The notes under the pieces are model-generated. The model had not been told where the DNA came from, did not search any database, and worked only from the letters and a program-made list of their open reading frames with translations. DNA of 63,865 bases, the filler included, from an uncultured Methanosarcinales archaeon (lineage in GTDB: Archaea; Nanobdellota; Nanobdellia; Woesearchaeales; JAGLXL01), in assembly GCA_964472345.1 (NCBI GenBank). It is 4 parts of 4 records of this genome, joined end to end, with 100 filler letters (N's around TTAATTAATTAA, not from the genome) between each part and the next. Parts side by side here need not be neighbours in the genome. Positions count along the whole stretch, not along the records: positions 1 to 20,045 come from CAYYLB010000014.1; 3 more parts are not named here. One strand, 5' to 3'. A program made the translations under genes and the position numbers. This document shows, piece after piece, positions 1 to 8,490 of this stretch. Position 1 is the stretch's first letter; each line of letters starts with the position of its first letter.

Positions 1-74
1 TTTCATAACCCCAATAAACTTATCGTAGGGAAATAGTTTCGGGATAACACAGTTTAACGAACTGCCACTCCCTC

Positions 75-293
75 GGCGTTATTGAAAAGTCCGTAAGCGC
101 CACCGGAATGCGGGCGAGCAGGTCTGCCGAACGGAGTGAGCGCAGATAGAGAACGGAGCGCAGCGGAGTGAACGTGCGTCAACTTCAGTCGCGCCAGGGA
201 CTGTTTTCCACCGGAGAGGGAAGCAGAACTGCTCCGATAAAACCGGCGAGAAAACGGCGAGCTCGCAGGCGCAGGGAACTTTTCAATAACGCC
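75..293. mobile_element. MITE-like non-autonomous element, copy 1 (219 bp)
   Basis: Terminal inverted repeats GGCGTTATTGAAAAGT (75-90) / ACTTTTCAATAACGCC (278-293); flanked by 8-bp direct repeat ACTCCCTC (67-74, 294-301); same TIRs recur at 13277-13409. Confidence 0.85.
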
Positions 294-301
294 ACTCCCT
301 C

Positions 302-316
302 AAAACATTCTTAAAC
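302..316 (+). promoter_or_regulatory. BRE/TATA promoter of the 338 gene (probably leaderless)
   Basis: AAAACATTCTTAAAC ending about 22 nt upstream of ATG 338. Confidence 0.55.
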
Positions 317-337
317 AGTGCACGCTTCCGTTGAAGG

Positions 338-3073
338 ATGCAAAAGAGGGCGCTTGCCATTCTCCTTTCCCTTCTTTTGGTCGTCTTCCTGGGCAGCTGC
401 CTGCCAGCCGGCGAGCAGGCGGGTCAGGAGCAGGCACGGCCGGAGCCCACGCTTCCCGCGGAAGGGGATGCAGCACCGGCAGGAGATGGGCAGGGCGTGC
501 CGCAGTCGCCGGCACAAGGGCAGGATGCGCTGCAGGAAGCGCCATCCGGCATGGTGTTTGAGGTGGCCATCCCTGAAAACACCCCTGCAGGCGACACGGT
601 CTGGATCTATGTGATGCAGATTCCCCATAAAATGGAAAAAATAAAAGATTTCACCCACACCATAACTCTGAATGAAACTCAACTCTTCAACCAAGGATAC
701 ATCCCGATAGGAGGTGATACTATCCGTTACCGCTATTCTCGAAACAGATATGATTTTCATACTGCAGAGTACCTTGTCCCAACGCCTGAAGAGCCTGACC
801 GGGACACGAACAATTACTTCTGGACCGCACATGGAAGAGACAGTGATTACGAACCGGGCAAGATTCAAAAAGACACCATAGAAAGGTGGAGATGGTTTCC
901 CAAAGAGGGAACGATTACCAAAACAACTCATTTAGAACCCTCAGGAAACTTCTTGCCCCGGGTAAATAACCTTGAGTTCAGGTCAGGGCAAACAATCGAA
1001 GACCTCTATGTGCCTGCTTTTCATGATTTTTTTGATTCTATCGCCCACCATGTGAAAGAGCAAGGGTACACCTGGGTAGAAATTGATCCGCCATGGCAAT
1101 GGACAGAAGTGGATAATCTTCCCAAAGTAGCTAATGATTGGGAGAATAACCCAAACTATCCTGATGACGGGACATTCCTTGAGGAAGTGCAGGCATATAA
1201 GAAACAAGGCCTCAAGGTGCTTATCGCCCCGCAACTGTGCTGCAGCCCCCTCGATACAGCGAACAGGACCGAAGGATGGTGGAGGACATATTTTAATGAG
1301 ACGGAACGCTTTTTGCTGCATTTTGCATCCCTTGCAGAACAGGCAGATGCAGACGCTTTTTCCTATGCTGTCGGAACGTGGGAGACGGAAGAAGCGGCAA
1401 TAGACATCGAGCGGGAATGGAGGCGGATCTTCGGCAGCATACGGAATGTTTTCAGCGGGGAAGTTGGCCAGATGGTCTGGGTGCTTGGACCCGATGCCAG
1501 TCCTTCTCCTGTCCCCATACCGCAGCCAGAATCAGTTCCATGGGCCGGCATGCTTGATTTCATTCTTGTCGCCAGCGATTTCCCGCTCTCGATGAAGGAT
1601 GATCCAACCAACGAAGAACTGAAGAAAGGCGCAGACGCGGTTCTGGATGGCATGAAAGTATTCTATGACACATACAAGAAGCCAATCCTGATCAGGAACG
1701 GATATTTCAATGTCAGAAATTCCTGGAAAGGCCAGTCTTTCTATTCCATCAGTTCCATCCCCTGGATTGGCGATCCGGAAGCTGTACTCAAAGAAAGTAA
1801 ATATGAATTTGACACCCACGACCATGCCCGGGTTGTTCATGCATATTTCCGTGCAATCGCAGAAAGGCCCTGGGCCATCGGCTATTTCCATTTCGGCTAC
1901 ACGCATTGGGAGAATCCGCTATCGCCGTGGATGTCCATCCGGGGAAAGCCCGCAGAAGACATCTGGAGGAAATGGAATGGGGTGATTTATGAAAAGGAAG
2001 AGCTTTCTTTCGAAGAGCAGGTCTGGCGCAGGCGCATTGAAGCGGCCATGGCACCCGTCCCCTGCCCCGACGTGCCGAAGCCGGACTATCCCGCTTCTTA
2101 CTACCAAGGCCCGCTGATTGACACGCACCTTCATATCCCGGCTCTTCCTGACTGGTCGCCGGAGGAGGACAGCTTACCCACGGACCAGGGACCCGAAGGC
2201 AGGTTCGGCGGTCCGCAGGCACTGCTCGGCTGGAACGTGAAGATGGGCGGGATTGCGTGCACGCTGAAGCGCGAAGGCACCCGGAAAAATTTCGCGTTCT
2301 TTCCGGTGTATCAGGAGATGCCGGAACAGCTGCTGGAGGTGGCAGACCGCACCCTGCAGCAGCATCCCGCGCTCTTTACCCCGTTCATCATGTCTTCGGG
2401 CAATGATAACGAGCCGGGCGGTTTCCCGACCGTAGATGCGGCAGCGCTTCGGAGCATGCTTGCAGTTCATCCCGGATTGTTCCGCGGCTATGGTGAGATC
2501 GGGCTCTATGCGCGCGAAGGCGGCTCCGATGAGCTTCCCCCCGACTCACCGAGGCTTCAGGAGATCTATCCCATCCTGCGGCAACAGAAACTCGCCGCCT
2601 ATTTTCACCTCGGCGAGGGGCACAAAGGCAGCTTCAAAGAAGTTTTGCGGCAATATCCCGCCATCAGCTTCATCTGGCACGGAGACCAGCTGTCGGTGGA
2701 GGAGGTCGAAGAGATCCTCGATGCGCATCCCAATGCCTACTACGGGATTGACGCATTCTGGGGCGGTGATCGGGACCTCTTCCTGATGTTTGTGGGAAAG
2801 AGCAAGGAAGCGTATCTGCAGGCGCTGGATGAGCGGTTTGACAGGGTCCTCCGGCGTGCGGTACGGGACTGGAAAGATGCCATCGAGAGACATCCCGACC
2901 AGTTCCTCTGGGGGATCGACCGGGGGGATGCCGTCTGGAACTATGACCGCGACGTCGGCCAGATGCAGGTGAATCTTGCGAGAGCTTTCATCGGCCAGCT
3001 TGATCCGGCGGTGCAGGAGAAGTTCGCGTACAAGAATGCGGAGCGCGTGGTTACAGCGGCGGGGAACGGGTGA
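338..3073 (+). CDS. Lipoprotein: CBM20-like N-terminal module, TIM-barrel glycoside hydrolase-like (GH113-like) domain and C-terminal amidohydrolase-family metallohydrolase
   Basis: Signal peptide ending FLGSC; FEVAIPENTPAGDTVWI; WRRIFGSIRNVFSGEV and SIRGKPAEDIW typical of GH113-like barrels; IDTHLH, GYGEIG, FHLG, IWHG and WGIDRG amidohydrolase motifs. Confidence 0.6.
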   Translation: MQKRALAILLSLLLVVFLGSCLPAGEQAGQEQARPEPTLPAEGDAAPAGDGQGVPQSPAQGQDALQEAPSGMVFEVAIPENTPAGDTVWIYVMQIPHKMEKIKDFTHTITLNETQLFNQGYIPIGGDTIRYRYSRNRYDFHTAEYLVPTPEEPDRDTNNYFWTAHGRDSDYEPGKIQKDTIERWRWFPKEGTITKTTHLEPSGNFLPRVNNLEFRSGQTIEDLYVPAFHDFFDSIAHHVKEQGYTWVEIDPPWQWTEVDNLPKVANDWENNPNYPDDGTFLEEVQAYKKQGLKVLIAPQLCCSPLDTANRTEGWWRTYFNETERFLLHFASLAEQADADAFSYAVGTWETEEAAIDIEREWRRIFGSIRNVFSGEVGQMVWVLGPDASPSPVPIPQPESVPWAGMLDFILVASDFPLSMKDDPTNEELKKGADAVLDGMKVFYDTYKKPILIRNGYFNVRNSWKGQSFYSISSIPWIGDPEAVLKESKYEFDTHDHARVVHAYFRAIAERPWAIGYFHFGYTHWENPLSPWMSIRGKPAEDIWRKWNGVIYEKEELSFEEQVWRRRIEAAMAPVPCPDVPKPDYPASYYQGPLIDTHLHIPALPDWSPEEDSLPTDQGPEGRFGGPQALLGWNVKMGGIACTLKREGTRKNFAFFPVYQEMPEQLLEVADRTLQQHPALFTPFIMSSGNDNEPGGFPTVDAAALRSMLAVHPGLFRGYGEIGLYAREGGSDELPPDSPRLQEIYPILRQQKLAAYFHLGEGHKGSFKEVLRQYPAISFIWHGDQLSVEEVEEILDAHPNAYYGIDAFWGGDRDLFLMFVGKSKEAYLQALDERFDRVLRRAVRDWKDAIERHPDQFLWGIDRGDAVWNYDRDVGQMQVNLARAFIGQLDPAVQEKFAYKNAERVVTAAGNG

Positions 3074-3168
3074 GCCCGCGCCGCCGCCTTCCGGGCTAGC
3101 GCCAGTGAGAGGATTTCACCGGGGCGTTCAACATCACCTTTTTAACCAGCCGTCCGCGTCCAAGCACG

Positions 3169-3582
3169 ATGGGCCTGGCGCCGCACGAAAAGAAGGATCT
3201 CGGAATCATCGCAGGAATCTCCGCCTTCATCGCCGGCCTGTGCTGTTTCGCCCCCGTCGTCTTGGCGCTGCTCGGCCTTGGCCTGGGTCTGCTCGGCATC
3301 TCGTTTGCGCCGGGAGAAGCCGCCTTCGCATCAAATCTCGCGGCCATCCTCTACGGCCAGTACAAGTGGCTCTTCCGCTCCGCAGGCCTCCTCGCGCTGC
3401 TTGTGGGCCTCGTCCTCTCCTTCCGCAGGCGCGGCATCTGCACGCTTGATGATGCAAAGCGCAGCCGCACGAAGATCATCAATCTCACGCTGCTTGCCCT
3501 GCTCAGCGGCATCGTTCTCTACCTCTTCTGGCTCTATGTGGTCGTCGAGTGGCTCGGCATCGGCCTGGGGCTGTGGGGGTAA
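3169..3582 (+). CDS. Small membrane protein, MerT/MerF-like (CC motif in first TM helix)
   Basis: AGLCCFAPVVLALLGLG; three to four hydrophobic helices; RRRGICT. Confidence 0.55.
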   Translation: MGLAPHEKKDLGIIAGISAFIAGLCCFAPVVLALLGLGLGLLGISFAPGEAAFASNLAAILYGQYKWLFRSAGLLALLVGLVLSFRRRGICTLDDAKRSRTKIINLTLLALLSGIVLYLFWLYVVVEWLGIGLGLWG

Positions 3583-3682
3583 GTGATATATGAGGCGATC
3601 ATAAAATCCAGAAAAATAAGCGGAATGTTTAAATATAAGTTCGTTACTAATTGTTATTATTTAATAAGTTTTAGATACAAAA

Positions 3683-3961
3683 ATGCAAGGATTACCGCAA
3701 GAACAGAGGCTTGAACATAGCCCTACGCTGAATACGGTGCTTATGGTGGAGGATACTCTCAAGAATATGGATGAAAGTGTTATCACTGTTGCTGAACTCA
3801 AGCGTAAGCTTCCCCGGAAAGTAAACCACAACACCCTTAAAGCGATTCTGGAATATCTTGAACGGAGCAACAAGATCCTGGTAACGATGAGGGGCATCAC
3901 CTGGATCCACAACCCCCACCCCAACCTACGAAAGGCAATTGCTGAAGGGCTGGAATTATGA
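3683..3961 (+). CDS. Winged-helix protein, probable antitoxin
   Basis: 92 aa HTH-like protein; ATGA overlap with downstream RelE-like gene. Confidence 0.6.
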   Translation: MQGLPQEQRLEHSPTLNTVLMVEDTLKNMDESVITVAELKRKLPRKVNHNTLKAILEYLERSNKILVTMRGITWIHNPHPNLRKAIAEGLEL

Positions 3962-4311
3962 AAATCATTCGCGTAAAATTATCACCTGAGGCGGGAGAGG
4001 TCTATAATCATCTTAACGAAGAGGCTCCAACTTCAAAGACAGAGCGGATGATCCTCAGGGCAGTGAATCAAAAAATAGGGTTAATCAAATCAAATCCCCA
4101 CTATGGAAACCCTATCGCCAAAAACCTTATTCCTGAAGAGTACAAACAGAAATACGGAATAAAGAATCTTTTTCGTGTTGAACTTCCCGCTTTTTGGAGG
4201 ATGCTGTATTCGTTAACGGACGGGGAGAGCGAGGTCGAGATCATTGCATTTGTCCTTGATGTCATGGACCACAAAACCTACGATAAAAAATTTGGGTACC
4301 GGGGAAAATAG
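3958..4311 (+). CDS. RelE/ParE-like toxin
   Basis: NPHYGNPI...NLFRVELPAFWRMLYS...DHKTYDKKFGY, RelE-like layout. Confidence 0.65.
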   Translation: MKIIRVKLSPEAGEVYNHLNEEAPTSKTERMILRAVNQKIGLIKSNPHYGNPIAKNLIPEEYKQKYGIKNLFRVELPAFWRMLYSLTDGESEVEIIAFVLDVMDHKTYDKKFGYRGK

Positions 4312-4446
4312 CACCTCACACTCTCGGCGTCTTTTTTTCTATTCACGGATGACTGCGCTCCTGTGCTTACGGGTTACGCCCCCCATGCCTGACCCAACTC
4401 CATGTGGTGGGAGTAACTTTTTAAATCATGTCCCTCTCTCCGGTTC

Positions 4447-4665
4447 ATGGGAAACCTCGGGCTCCGCTACCTCTGCACCGGCTCCTGCGGCAGCTGTAGA
4501 ACCGAAGAGCAGCAGCAGGCGCAGGGAGCGACAAGCTGCCAGCAGAAAAGCTGCGGGCGCTACGGCCAGCCGCTCAAGAGGCGATGGCTCTGCCCGGACT
4601 GCCAGCTGCTCTTCGTCAGCAACGAGGACCACCGCTGCGTTCCGGAAAGAGCTGAGGCCGCATGA
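4447..4665 (+). CDS. Small Cys-rich putative zinc-binding protein
   Basis: CTGSCGSC, C-x4-C, CPDC, HRC; ATGA overlap with nadM; TATA-like TTTTTAAA upstream. Confidence 0.55.
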   Translation: MGNLGLRYLCTGSCGSCRTEEQQQAQGATSCQQKSCGRYGQPLKRRWLCPDCQLLFVSNEDHRCVPERAEAA

Positions 4666-5162
4666 GCACCGCACTTTTCATCGGCCGCTTCCAGCCGCTG
4701 CACAACGGCCATCTTACTATCCTTAAGCAGCTCTCCTCAAATTATCATATAGTCAAGATCGGCATCGGCAGCGCGCAGTACGGGAACACGCGCGACAACC
4801 CGCTGTCCTCAGCCGAGCGCCGCACGATGCTCCAAAAGACGCTGAAGGAGGCGCGCATCCGCAACACGCGCATCTTTTCCATCCCCGACATCCACGACAA
4901 CGGCCGCTGGGTGGCCCACGTGAAGCGAATCGTAGGCCCGTTTGATGTCGTCCATTCCGGCAATGCGCTCGTGCTGCGGCTGTTCCGGGAAAAGAGCGTC
5001 CCTGTCAGGCGCATCATCGAGATCCAGCCGTACGCATCAACGAGGCTCCGGGCGGCGATTGCCGCGGGCAGGAGCGTCCGCAGCAAGGTTCCCGGTGCCG
5101 TCTGCCGCTATCTGGGATTTATTGATGCGTTTACAAGAATCAGAAAGCTTTGTCACCGCTAA
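4662..5162 (+). CDS. nadM: Nicotinamide-nucleotide adenylyltransferase
   Basis: FIGRFQPLHNGH (HxGH), GIGSAQ, NPLS..ER, STRLR. Confidence 0.9.
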   Translation: MSTALFIGRFQPLHNGHLTILKQLSSNYHIVKIGIGSAQYGNTRDNPLSSAERRTMLQKTLKEARIRNTRIFSIPDIHDNGRWVAHVKRIVGPFDVVHSGNALVLRLFREKSVPVRRIIEIQPYASTRLRAAIAAGRSVRSKVPGAVCRYLGFIDAFTRIRKLCHR

Positions 5163-6157
5163 AGAGAGGAAATCTTCTCACTCCTTCTTTTCTTGAGCAC
5201 CTCCGGGTTCACCACCGACAGCGGCTTCTTCCCTTCGAACACCGCAATGATATTCTTCGCCGCCATCTCAGACATGGCATTTCTCGTTTCGAATGTCGCG
5301 CTGCCGGTATGGGGCACGATAATCACATTGCTCAGCTCCGCGAGCCCCGGCGCCATCTGCGGCTCGAACTCAAAGACATCGAGCGCAGCCCCTGCGATGG
5401 TCTTGTTGCGCAGGGCTTCCACCAGCGCATGCTCATCAACGACCGGACCGCGGCTCGTATTGATCAGGTAGGCGCTCTTCTTCATGATTGCGAGCTCATG
5501 CGCTCCGACAAGATGCCGTGTGGCGGGAGAGAGCGGCACGTGCAGTGTGATCACATCCGAAGTTTTGAGCAGCTTGTCTTTGCCGAGCAGGCGTGCGCCA
5601 AACGCTTTTTCAAAAGCTTCATCAGCGTTGTTGTCAAGATAGAGGATGTCCATGCCAAGCCCACGCGCAATCTCTGCGACACGCTTCCCGATTCTTCCTA
5701 GCCCGATGATCCCAATGGTTTTGCCGCGCATCTCGCTCCCCAGCAGCAGCATCGGCTCCCATCCGTGGTACTTGCCTGTGCGCATGAACTGGTCTGATTC
5801 CACAATGCGCCGGGCGATTGCCAGCAGGAGCCCAATCGTGTGCTCGGCAACCGCATTCGTCAGCACGCATGGCGTATTTGTAACAGGAATCCTGCGCTGT
5901 GTTGCGGCTGCGACATCAATATTATCATAGCCAACGGCATAGTTTGAAATGACCTGTAGCCGAGGATTTGCGTTAATCATATCACGATCAATCTTATCGG
6001 TCAGCAGCGACAGCAGCCCGTCGCACCACCGCACGCCGGCAAGCAGCTCGCCGCGCGCGAGAACCTCTCCCTCAGAAACGCGAACCTCGTAGCCCCGCTT
6101 TTTGAGCAGCTCGATTCCCGCATCCGGAATCTTGCGCGTGACAAATATTTTTTTCAC
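5159..6157 (-). CDS. gyaR: D-2-hydroxyacid dehydrogenase (glyoxylate reductase/D-glycerate dehydrogenase)
   Basis: NYAVGYDNID, GIIGLGRIG, INTSRGPVVDE, LDVFEFEP, PHTGS. Confidence 0.85.
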   Translation of the reverse strand: MKKIFVTRKIPDAGIELLKKRGYEVRVSEGEVLARGELLAGVRWCDGLLSLLTDKIDRDMINANPRLQVISNYAVGYDNIDVAAATQRRIPVTNTPCVLTNAVAEHTIGLLLAIARRIVESDQFMRTGKYHGWEPMLLLGSEMRGKTIGIIGLGRIGKRVAEIARGLGMDILYLDNNADEAFEKAFGARLLGKDKLLKTSDVITLHVPLSPATRHLVGAHELAIMKKSAYLINTSRGPVVDEHALVEALRNKTIAGAALDVFEFEPQMAPGLAELSNVIIVPHTGSATFETRNAMSEMAAKNIIAVFEGKKPLSVVNPEVLKKRRSEKISSL

Positions 6158-6371
6158 TGTTGTTCACCCTCGACTTCGCAGCGGCCGCGAGGCCAGCCTA
6201 GCCAGCCTATAGCGAAGGACATCAATGATCGCCACCTCCGTTTTTCCTTCGAACATCATAAGTGAAAATCTTATATAAATAGGTTGTGCTCACTATAGGC
6301 CTTCACTGCTTCGATCACGCACAGCCCAGCAGACCACAACGCTTAAATAACTTCCTGCCGTTCGCGGCAAG

Positions 6372-7046
6372 GTGAACCGACGCGAGCTTGCACAGCATCT
6401 CGACTTCGCAAACCATCATGCGGACGCCACCGCGGGCGACATCAGGGCCCTCTGTGCAGCCGTTTTGAGATATGGATTTCACAGCGCCTTTGTCAATCAG
6501 CACCACGTCGCGCTCACAAAAAGGCTTCTGCGGGGCAGCGCAGCGGCCGGCACGGTGATAAGCTTTCCCTTGGGGCAGGATGCCGCTGCCGCGAAGGTGG
6601 ACGCTGCGATTCACGCGGCGCGCAGCGGTGCAGACGAGCTTGACATAAGCATGAACGTCGGCCTTTTCAGGGAAAGAAAGTACGCACTCGTTCTCAAGGA
6701 GATGCAACAGGTTGTCCGCGCTGCCAAAAGGATCAAGCCGCGCATCCTTGTCAAATTCATCATCGAAACGGGCTACCTCAGCGACAGCGAAATAAAGAAA
6801 GCATCACAGCTCGTTGTCCAATCAGGAGCAGACTTTGTCAAGACCTGCTCAGGCTACGGCCCTCGCGGCGCCTCCCTCCAGGACGTCAGGCTCATCAAAG
6901 CAGCAATAGGCAACAAAGCAAAAATCAAAGTCGCAGGCGGCATCTCAACGACAGCACAAGCGCTCGCGTTCCTCCAGGCGGGCGCGCACCGCATCGGCAC
7001 CTCCCACGCCCCCCAAATCGTCAAGGGCGCTGCAAGTAAAGAGTAG
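6372..7046 (+). CDS. deoC: Deoxyribose-phosphate aldolase
   Basis: VISFPLG, GADELD, KFIIET, ADFVKTCSG, KVAGGI, RIGTS. Confidence 0.9.
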   Translation: MNRRELAQHLDFANHHADATAGDIRALCAAVLRYGFHSAFVNQHHVALTKRLLRGSAAAGTVISFPLGQDAAAAKVDAAIHAARSGADELDISMNVGLFRERKYALVLKEMQQVVRAAKRIKPRILVKFIIETGYLSDSEIKKASQLVVQSGADFVKTCSGYGPRGASLQDVRLIKAAIGNKAKIKVAGGISTTAQALAFLQAGAHRIGTSHAPQIVKGAASKE

Positions 7047-7111
7047 GACTTCTGCAGTCTGCAGGCGGAGAGTAAACAACAGGAAAACAAGAAAAGAAAA
7101 AAAAGAAATTT

Positions 7112-8395
7112 TTAGTAGTAGGTCTCTTCCTTCTCTTTGCCTTCGGTCTCGCTGCCTTTCATGCGGCTCAGGCCGACAATCAGGCCGACGACGACCAGCA
7201 GCACGACCAGGACAACCAGTCCGATCTGCAGCGCCGGAATCAGTCCGCGGTCGCGCGGTGCGACGACATTCGCCTTCAAGGCGACTTCCTTGAGGGTCTT
7301 GTCAGCGCTCTTCACGCTCACCGTGACAAGCTTCTCGCCCGGTGTCGCGTCCTTGCCCGCGGCGACCTGCACGGACGTTACCTTGGTCTCGCCTGCGCCG
7401 ACGACCAGCACGCTTGAGCTGACGCGCGCGGTTCCCCACTCGCCTGCAGTTGCGCTGACCGTGTAGGTCCTGCTCTCACTGCCTGCGTTGGTGATGGCGA
7501 CCGGGAAGATTGCCTCAGGGCCGCCCGCGACGATGTTCTGGCTTTCAGGTCCGATGGTTATGATTGCCTTTTCCTCAGCCTGCTTGCAGCGGGGGTTTTC
7601 GAGCACCGTGACGGTGAACTCTTCCCGCGCCGTGCGCGAGCTTTCATCATATTCCACAGTGACAAGGGCCGGGTACTGTCCAGGCAGTGCGCACTCAGGA
7701 ATGCGGACAAAGAGCTCCTCGCTCGACTTCTGGTCGTCGCTTTCAAGCTCTTCGACGAAATCGACATCTTTGACGCCGAAGTCATCAAGGCTCAGGGTGA
7801 CCTTGACATCGTCCTGATCCTTCTCGCCCAGGTTGTCAAGGCGGACACGGGCCAGGAGGGATCGGCCGGCCATGACACTGGTGCCGGGATTGAAGGTGAC
7901 ATCATCGATCACGACATTGTGCCGCTTGCCCGTAACTTCGATGGGCACATCAAGGGAGATGCGCTCATTCCGGCGGTCAAGGACATCGATGCGGATGACA
8001 TACACATCAGGATCAATGTTATGGGGGAGCCGCAAGGTCAGCTCTTTCACGTAGGTGTTTCCCGCCTTGACGGTGAATCGCTCGGTCTCGTCGCTGATAT
8101 CATTGTGGTCATCGCCATCGATCTCGGCCCTGACCTCAACTTCGCCATTGGCGAAAGCGTCGAGCTTGACCCTAACGTCGAGCGTGTCCGTCCGATCAAC
8201 ACCGAGAACTTCCCCGGGGCGGAACGTGTCGCCGTTGACCTTTACTTCAACAAAATCGACTGGCACGCTTTGTGCAACTGCACTGAGCGACAGAACGCTC
8301 GCGACCAGCAACGCAACCATTGCAACAATACCAAACTTTTGTATCATGTTCATCTCCCTCCTGATGTTCATGGTTTCGGCACCTATGGTGCCCAT
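7112..8395 (-). CDS. S-layer-like cell-surface protein with Ig-like domains and C-terminal TM anchor
   Basis: Signal peptide (true start probably MNMIQKFG after a GGAGG RBS); beta-rich repeated modules; C-terminal TM helix followed by charged tail ending ETYY. Confidence 0.7.
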   Translation of the reverse strand: MGTIGAETMNIRREMNMIQKFGIVAMVALLVASVLSLSAVAQSVPVDFVEVKVNGDTFRPGEVLGVDRTDTLDVRVKLDAFANGEVEVRAEIDGDDHNDISDETERFTVKAGNTYVKELTLRLPHNIDPDVYVIRIDVLDRRNERISLDVPIEVTGKRHNVVIDDVTFNPGTSVMAGRSLLARVRLDNLGEKDQDDVKVTLSLDDFGVKDVDFVEELESDDQKSSEELFVRIPECALPGQYPALVTVEYDESSRTAREEFTVTVLENPRCKQAEEKAIITIGPESQNIVAGGPEAIFPVAITNAGSESRTYTVSATAGEWGTARVSSSVLVVGAGETKVTSVQVAAGKDATPGEKLVTVSVKSADKTLKEVALKANVVAPRDRGLIPALQIGLVVLVVLLVVVGLIVGLSRMKGSETEGKEKEETYY

Positions 8396-8490
8396 GAATA
8401 GGACTCCACCCCTCTTCTTCCGCGGTGAAAACGCCGCTCCTATATAAATGTTTCGTATTTTTAGTATTATAAAGTAGTTACATACAATTG

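Noticed and set aside
120..175. Short GAACGGAG repeats as a possible CRISPR array
   Set aside because: Too short and irregular, internal to the MITE; no repeat-spacer periodicity or cas genes in the window
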